Part shown: positions 58,082 through 64,000 of the stretch, piece after piece
How positions within the stretch are numbered: the first letter of the stretch is position 1
How the letters are laid out: each line of letters starts with the position of its first letter
Assembly (NCBI GenBank): GCA_963810305.1
Contig: CAWEMY010000011.1
Coordinates: 200,912-264,911, forward strand
Source: an uncultured Acidobacteriota bacterium
GTDB taxonomy: Bacteria; Acidobacteriota; Vicinamibacteria; Vicinamibacterales; 2-12-FULL-66-21
Direction of reading: 5' to 3'
Length of the DNA stretch: 64,000 nucleotides
Notes under the pieces: model-generated
The model's input: the letters and a program-made list of their open reading frames with translations, nothing else
What the model was told of the DNA's origin: nothing
The model's database searches: none
Translations under genes and position numbers: made by a program

Positions 58082-60651
58082 CTACTTCACTGTCCCCCTC
58101 GCCCAGTCCCACCCTTCAAGGCCCTTCGCGTTGACGGCCTTCACCGAAATGATGGTTCCGGCGGGAGCCTTCGGCACGTTCGCGGACGGCTGACTGACCC
58201 GGAACTGCTGCGCCTCCGGGTTCGACGGCGGCCCATAGGCGACGATGTAACCGGTCACGCCTTTTTCAGGACTTGGCATCCAGGTTACGCCGGTTGCGCC
58301 GCCTGTGGCGCTCGTTACCTGCACGTCCTGCAATCGGGACGGGCTCGACGCCAGGAGCATCAGCGTTGCCGCCGTCGTCTTGGCGACCTCGGTGACCAGT
58401 TGGTGGTTGATCGTATCGAGCAGGTCGTGCGACTGGTGGTAATGCGGATTTCCGAGGACAGGATACGACCCGATGCCGCCGACGATGTCGCCGTAAGCCT
58501 CGTAGTAGGCGGCGGCGTCGGTGCTTCTGTAGTACAGGGTGTCGTAGGTGATCATGTTGCTGAACTGCATGGCGGCCGCGTGCTGAATGTCTCGGATCCC
58601 GGCGTTCGAATAGCGAATGGTGTTGTCCAGCCGGTGGTCGTTGGCCCAGCCGACCATGTCGTTGTTGAGTGCGCCGACGATCCGGACTTTGTCCGCCACC
58701 GCGCGCCGGACGAATTCACGGCTACCGAGCAACCCAGCTTCTTCTCCAGTGAACGACGCGAAGACGATCGTCGCCGGTTGCGGGCGTCCGGCGAGAAGGC
58801 GGGCCGTCTCCAGCAGCGCCGCCGTCCCCGACGTGTCATCGTCTGCTCCGGGGCCGATCGCGACCGAGTCGTAGTGGCTGCTGACGACGTAAACCAGCTC
58901 GGGGTTGACCGTCCCTTTCAGCGTGGCGATGACGTTTGCCGTCTGCCCGCCGAGAGCACCGCGGCCGGCGAACCACTGGTATTCCGGTTCGTAGCCGAAT
59001 GACTTGTACGCCGCCCATAGATACTCCGCCGCGCGTTTGTTCCCCGGACGAGTGATGTGCTTCGAGTCGAAGTCGAAGAGGGCCTTTTCATGCGCATAGA
59101 CGCGGGCAACCGAGGCCTCGTCGGTCGCTCGTTTGACGTCGGCGGAAATCGGCGCGTAGATCCGCCGCGCCTTGGCGCGCAAGCGCCTGTTCGCCGGCGA
59201 GATTCGCGCGCAGCCTGGCGCGCAGATCGTCCCGTGTGACCCGGCGTGTCATGTCGACGAGATAGAGGCCACGTTCGACTGAGATCGTGTCGCCGTCGCG
59301 GTCCGCGACGATCAGAAGCTTTCGTCCGTCCGGCGATGGCACCCAGGCGTACTCAGGCGCGATCGTCCGGACCGTATTGTTGTGGAACAACCGTGTGCGT
59401 GTGCCCGCATTGACGTCATGAATGTAAGATCGGCGGTGGCGTGCCTCGCCGATCATCCCGAGCACGCGCGTGTCGTCGAGGAAGCGGGGAAGGATGTCGT
59501 GCTGGATCTCCCGCGTCATTCGCGTTTCGACGCTGCCATCGCGATTGACGAGGAAGATCTCCCAGTCCTCCTTCGGCATCATCTGGAAAGCGACGCGGCC
59601 GCCATCGCGCGACAGCGCGGGCGCATCGATACGCTCCGGTCCCTTGCGCGCCACGGTCGCTGACGTCAGGTCGCCGGCCGGCGCGGTCGCGAGTCGGGTA
59701 CTCGGCCCCTTCCCGAGTGACATACGCGACAGTGGATCCGTCGGACGAGAGTGCGAGCGACGTCGCGGTGACGGTTGTGGTGGCGCCGGTGTCGGCCCGC
59801 AGGATTCCGAAAGGCCGCGGTGCGCCGGCGTCGCCACGGCCGCCGCCGGCGGTGCGAACGGAATACGTCGCCACCGCGCCGGATGCACTCACGTCGAGAA
59901 ACTGCTTGTCCCCTTCGCCTGTCGTGATCGCGCGGGGTGCCGCGCCGTCCGCCACGGTGTAGATCTGCGGCACTGCCCCTTGTTCGCTCGTGCTCCCTGA
60001 GAACAGGACCCCTGCGGACGTAAACGCCAGACCCGTCTTACGCATGTCCGGCGCCGCGAGCTCCGTCTCACGGCCTGATGTGAGATCGCGGATGACGATT
60101 TTCGAGTCGAGCGCGAGTTGCTGGTTGAAAGCTGCGGTGCGCGCCTGGCGCTGCGCCGGCGGGGCGGCGTCAAGCGCCGCCTGGAGCTGACTCAGTGCAG
60201 ATGTCCATTCCGGTTTCAGGTAGGCGAGCTGCTTTCCATCCGGCGAGAACGTCAGCGCGTGACCTTTTAGCTCTGCGATTGATCGTCCGGGATCTTCCGT
60301 GCGAATCACTCGGGTGACTCTTGCCGGCAGCTGACCGGTTTCGAACGACGCGTGCGTGGAATCGGGCGAGAAACGCGGCGCGCCCCCGTCGGTTGTCAGT
60401 TCGACCGTCTTGAAGAGCTCGCCCGTCTGAAGTGCGATTGTTTCCAGCGTTGCGTCATCAACCCCGGGAGAGTCGAGGATCTGGAGGTACATGTTGAGCG
60501 CCGTGACGTAATCGCCGCGATCCCACGCGAGCGCAGCGGCTTCGAGCGGCGAGTCCGCCGCTCTTCCGGACAACGGCATCCACAGCGCGGCCATGACGGC
60601 CGGCAGCACCATCAGAATCTGCGTTGAACGTCTCATGCGAACGCGGAGCAT
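58082..60651 (-). pseudogene. Secreted TolB-like beta-propeller + M28 peptidase fusion with frameshifts near 59718 and 59180
   Basis: Three ORFs join as ...SDGSTVAYV|LGKGPSTRLATAPAGD... and ...RLRANLAGEQALAR|KARRIYAPISADV.... The C-terminal part carries M28 motifs (SSHYDSV, GADDDTSGTAALLETARLL, FTGEEAGLLGS). Confidence 0.75.
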
Positions 60652-60779
60652 AACACGCCCAACTTCTTGCGTTGCCCGTGCGAATGGGAGTCCGACCCAA
60701 TGATTGCGCTGCGCGCTGAATGAGCTGAATGGTAGGAGCCACCAGGCGCATAGTGAGTGCGCCTGGTGGCCTAGTTGCA

Positions 60780-60801
60780 CAGCCCTAAAGGGCTGGCCTA
60801 C
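60780..60801. repeat. REP-like hairpin (family A, opposite orientation)
   Basis: cagccctaaagggctggcctac is the reverse complement of the 26130-26280 unit with one mismatch. It lies 25 nt downstream of the stop at 60826. Confidence 0.8.
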
Positions 60802-60825
60802 GTGAGCGCCTGGCTCGCGTCTCTG

Positions 60826-62174
60826 TCACTTCTTCTCGAGCAGTTTTCGCAGCTCCGCGATGTGCGTGCGGAGCAGCTCCACCTGCGCTTTGTCGAGTGT
60901 CATCCCGCCGCTTTCGTTCTGGGACTTCAGCAGGGCTTCGATCGCCGCGACGTGAGTCAGTGCGTCGGCTGCCGCCGGCTCGCTCGCGGGAGCGCCGCAG
61001 TGGCTGGCGGGGATGTGGGTTCAGTCGGCGGTAAGGTCGGTTCAGCAGGCTTGGTCGGCGCCGGCGCTGGCGCATCCGGAGTTGCCGCGGCTGCTGCGCC
61101 GCCCCCCGAGGCGCGTTCAAACGCCGCGAGGCTCTTCCGCATCTCGACCAGCTTGTCGCGCACCGGCGGATCCAGCGTCATGCCGCCACCGCTCGTGCCG
61201 ACGGCGCCTTCCGTGCCGGAAGCCGGCGCGGCACCGGTATCGGGTCCGAGAAGCGCCGTCAGGTTCGCTGACACCTTCGCGTAAGCTGCCGGCCAGTTGC
61301 TCTGGGTGGTGATCAACTCGTTGAAGTTGGATATCAGCTGCGCAACCTGGGTTCTTGCGTCGCCGGTCAATTTCCCCGCTTCGGGCAGCTGCGTCATCTG
61401 GCTGAGCGCATTCCGGGCTTCGGTGAGGTGCCGCTTGGCGGCTTCCGCGTCAACCTTCTGCGCCGCCGGAGCGGCTGGCTCGGTCGCCGGAGGCGCTGAC
61501 TGCGGCGGCGGTTGCGTCGCCGGTGGTGGCGTCGCCGGCGGTTGCGTCGGTTCGGTCGCCGGTGTCGGTGCGCTCGGTTCGGTTTTCGGTGTGTCGCCGG
61601 CGGTCGGAGCCTGAGTCGACATCGCGGTCGCGAACGCCGTCAGGTGAGTGCGGAATTCGGTCAGCTTCGTACGCGTGGCGTCGTCCAGGGCGGCGGCGGC
61701 CGGCGGCTTCGTGCTCGTCGTTCCGGACGTGCCTGTGGGACTCACCCCGAGTAACTGCGTCACGATCTTATCCATGGCGGCCACTTCGTTGCCCCAGTTG
61801 GCGGTCGCACGCGACACGCGGGTCTGGGTATTGGTCGGACTGGGGGTCTGGGTCACGCCGACAGCGCCGGTGTTGCCGGCAGCGGCCATCCCCTCGAGTG
61901 TCGTCATGTGCTTCTTCAGTTCGGCGACCTGAGCGCGTGCTCGCGCCGGGAGATTCGCAGTCCCAAGCTCCTCGAGTGTTGTCTTCGCCTGTCGCAGGTG
62001 TTCCTGTGCGGAGCCCTGGCTGGCGGCGGGCGGCTGCGCGGCGTCAGCCGCGGGCGGAGTGGATTGAGTTGCGGGCGGCTGTGTGGCCGGTGGCGTCTGC
62101 GCGGCAGCGGCACCCGGCAGCATCAGCAGGGCCGCGGCGGCTACCGTCACTGTCCAAGTTGCGGAAGATTTCAT
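60826..62174 (-). pseudogene. Secreted Pro/Thr/Ala-rich protein with five repeated helical modules; one frameshift near 60995
   Basis: Signal peptide MKSSATWTVTVAAAALLMLPGAAAAQ. The modules are separated by PPAT/PTxP linkers. The last module (MTLDKAQVELLRTHIAELRKLLEKK, then stop) is in another frame. Confidence 0.65.
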
Positions 62175-62278
62175 TTACTTGCTCCTCTCTGAGCAGATCC
62201 TGTCTTTCGAGTTCATTGAGGAGTCGAAGAGCAAGCGAGGTGCCACGCCAGGACTCGCGAGCTCTGCTATGTGCGGAA

Positions 62279-62315
62279 CGCGGGATGCGGAGATGCGGGA
62301 TGCGGGATGCAGCGG
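62279..62315. repeat. GCGGGAT heptamer tandem array
   Basis: cgcgggat gcggagat gcgggat gcgggat gcagcgg. This is the reverse complement of the CCCGCAT units seen at 14660-14680 and 54630-54651. Confidence 0.85.
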
Positions 62316-62322
62316 TGACGAA

Positions 62323-63009
62323 TTAATTCCTTCTGATCTCCTGTTCTCCTGTTGAGATCGCCCGGCGGTGGCGAACGAATTCGATCACCATCGGAAGAAT
62401 CGACACGAAAATGATGCCCAGCACGACCAACTCGAAGTTCTTCTTTACCACTTCGATGTTACCGAAGAGGTAACCCGCACCCACGCAGATCAGAACCCAG
62501 AGGACGCCGCCGGCGATGTTGTAGAACCCGAACGTTGTGTAGGTCATCGACGCCGCGCCGGCTACGAACGGGATGAACGTGCGCACGATCGGGACGAAGC
62601 GGGCGAGGACGATGGCCTTGCCGCCGTGGGTTTCGAAGAAGTCGTGCGCTCGCTCGAGATGGTTGGGATTGAGCAGCCGTTCGAGCTTGCCGCGGCGACC
62701 TTCGGGTTTGAAGACCCGCGGGCCGACATACCTGCCGACGCTGTAGTTCACTGCGTCACCGAGGACGGCGGCGACAACCAGCAGCAGCAGAACCAGCCGG
62801 ATATCGAGCGCGCCGGTCGCGGCGATTGCCCCGGTCGCAAACAATAGTGAGTCCCCGGGCAGAAACGGCGTGACGATCAGACCGGTCTCCGCGAAGATGA
62901 TCGCGAACAGAAGGCCGTAAACGACGACTCCGTGAGTGTCGACGAACGCGGCGAGGTGGACGTCGAGATTGAGAAACAGGTCGAGCAGTTCTGCCATGTA
63001 TTCGAACAT
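62323..63009 (-). CDS. DedA-family membrane protein
   Basis: FAETGLIVTPFLPGDSLLFATG and ARFVPIVRTFIPFVAGA motifs. ATG at 63009 (alternative at 62997). Confidence 0.85.
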   Translation of the reverse strand: MFEYMAELLDLFLNLDVHLAAFVDTHGVVVYGLLFAIIFAETGLIVTPFLPGDSLLFATGAIAATGALDIRLVLLLLVVAAVLGDAVNYSVGRYVGPRVFKPEGRRGKLERLLNPNHLERAHDFFETHGGKAIVLARFVPIVRTFIPFVAGAASMTYTTFGFYNIAGGVLWVLICVGAGYLFGNIEVVKKNFELVVLGIIFVSILPMVIEFVRHRRAISTGEQEIRRN

Positions 63010-63096
63010 TGTAGTTCGCGTGCCATGTGCGGAACGCATGAGTGCAATGCGAAAGTTATGCGGTTTGCGGCTGGCATCGGGTCGTATTATTCGCGC

Positions 63097-63294
63097 ATGT
63101 TGAATACCGAAGTTCCTTACACGCGAACTCTGACGCTCGTGCTGCCCGAGTCGGAATGGCGCGCGCTGCGCGACGCGGAACCCGATGCGGTTGCCTGGCT
63201 GCACTCGCAGATCCGGAACCGCCTGATGCCCGGCGAGGAGCGACGGCCGCAGTCGATCCGTTCCGCCGACGCGGCGTGGGACGAAGAGTACTGA
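63097..63294 (+). CDS. Small hypothetical protein
   Basis: 65-aa ORF from the internal ATG. It lies divergent from the DedA gene. Weak support only. Confidence 0.35.
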   Translation: MLNTEVPYTRTLTLVLPESEWRALRDAEPDAVAWLHSQIRNRLMPGEERRPQSIRSADAAWDEEY

Positions 63295-63302
63295 TGCTGG
63301 AG

Positions 63303-64000
63303 CTAACCCGGGGGCGCGAGCTTCAGACGAGGCGTCGTGCGGCGCAGCGCGTCGAACATGTGCTGCACCATCCTCGACACTCTCGCGCCGCGGACGTAGA
63401 CCCACCCGGTCTCCCGCACCAACGTCACGCCGGTAATGCGCTTGCACCGGAGGGTGCCGCTGCGCACCTCGCGCGCGAGCGCCTGGTAGGGCAGGATCGT
63501 CAGGCCCATCCCGATCATCGTCAGCGCCTTCAGAATCTCGACGTTCTCGGTTTCCATCACGATGCGCGGCCGGATGCCGTCGCGTTGCATCATGTCGTCG
63601 ATCACGCGCCGGGTGCTCGAGCCGCGTTCGAAGAGGACCCACGGCTGCCCGATGAGATCCGCGGCAGAAACCCGCCGCAGCTTCGCCAGCTTGTGCGAGG
63701 GAGGCATCACCAGCAGTAACTCCTCGCGCATGACCGGTACCTGTGTGAGATCCGCCCCCTCGATCGGCAGCGTCAGCAGGCCCGCGTCAATCGCGCCGCT
63801 CCTGATCCGCTCCAGAAGCATCGGCGTCGCGCCGGTCGTCAGCTTGACGTCAACATTCGGATGCCGGCGGCGAAACTCCTTCAGCAGTGCGGGGAAGACG
63901 TGGAGGCACACCGTCATCCCGCCACCGAGGTGCAGGGTGCCCGCGAGTGTCTGATGCTGATCGACGATACTGGCGGTCGTCGCACGCACATCGGCAAGGA
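63303..64000 (-). CDS. LysR-family transcriptional regulator; only the substrate-binding domain is in the window (the 5' end lies beyond it)
   Basis: LHLGGGMTVCLHVFPALLKEFRRRHPNVDVKLTTGATPMLLERIRSGAIDAGLL is a typical LysR_substrate domain. The frame is open to the window edge. Confidence 0.8.
   Translation of the reverse strand, partial: LADVRATTASIVDQHQTLAGTLHLGGGMTVCLHVFPALLKEFRRRHPNVDVKLTTGATPMLLERIRSGAIDAGLLTLPIEGADLTQVPVMREELLLVMPPSHKLAKLRRVSAADLIGQPWVLFERGSSTRRVIDDMMQRDGIRPRIVMETENVEILKALTMIGMGLTILPYQALAREVRSGTLRCKRITGVTLVRETGWVYVRGARVSRMVQHMFDALRRTTPRLKLAPPG

Noticed and set aside
1-64000. Programmed ribosomal frameshifting as an explanation for the split genes
   Set aside because: The breaks occur in about 15 unrelated gene families, in both shift directions and without a shared slippery heptamer or downstream structure. 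Sequencing indels or decay are far more parsimonious.
1-64000. Searched by eye for tRNA/rRNA genes, transposases, integrases, phage genes, cas genes and known defence-system genes
   Set aside because: No T-loop (GGTTCGAATCC-like) contexts and no rRNA-like conserved blocks were found. No DDE or tyrosine-recombinase-like translations were found either. Only the Phd/VapC pair and a minimal NTase have a defence or toxin-antitoxin character.

Overview
Visibly high-GC (about two-thirds G+C by eye) chromosomal segment. It most likely comes from an Acidobacteriota genome: it carries two ADOP-type MacB-like permeases (one with a PadR partner), two VWFA-related acidobacterial-domain proteins and a Solibacter-type (TIGR03435-like) C-terminal domain. 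I call about 55 protein-coding genes. I recognised no rRNA, tRNA, CRISPR array, transposase or integrase. The main item is an 11.4 kb minus-strand operon at 14705-26111, with start/stop overlaps at most junctions. It combines a bacterial ether-lipid-type module (PlsC acyltransferase, fatty acyl-AMP ligase, ACP-thioester reductase) with a CarS-like (CDP-archaeol synthase family) cytidylyltransferase and a CDP-alcohol phosphatidyltransferase. It also encodes two different phosphotransferases (an APH-like domain fused to the reductase, and a rifampin-phosphotransferase-like PEP-utilising enzyme), a SAM methyltransferase, a small membrane protein and a His-box desaturase. I know of no described pathway with this combination. 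Caveat: the window holds about 19 single-base frame disruptions in otherwise well-conserved genes, some at short homopolymer runs, and about half lie inside this lipid operon. Two REP-like hairpin elements also sit inside its coding sequence. The operon may therefore be decaying, or the assembly may carry uncorrected indel errors. Other notable items: two REP-like families with a GTAG head; GC-rich heptamer tandem arrays, several of them G-quadruplex-type, in at least eight intergenic regions; a ligase/exonuclease DNA-damage pair placed head to head with recQ; an Ntn-hydrolase-TM-TIGR03435 fusion; a Phd/VapC pair; and several gene remnants.
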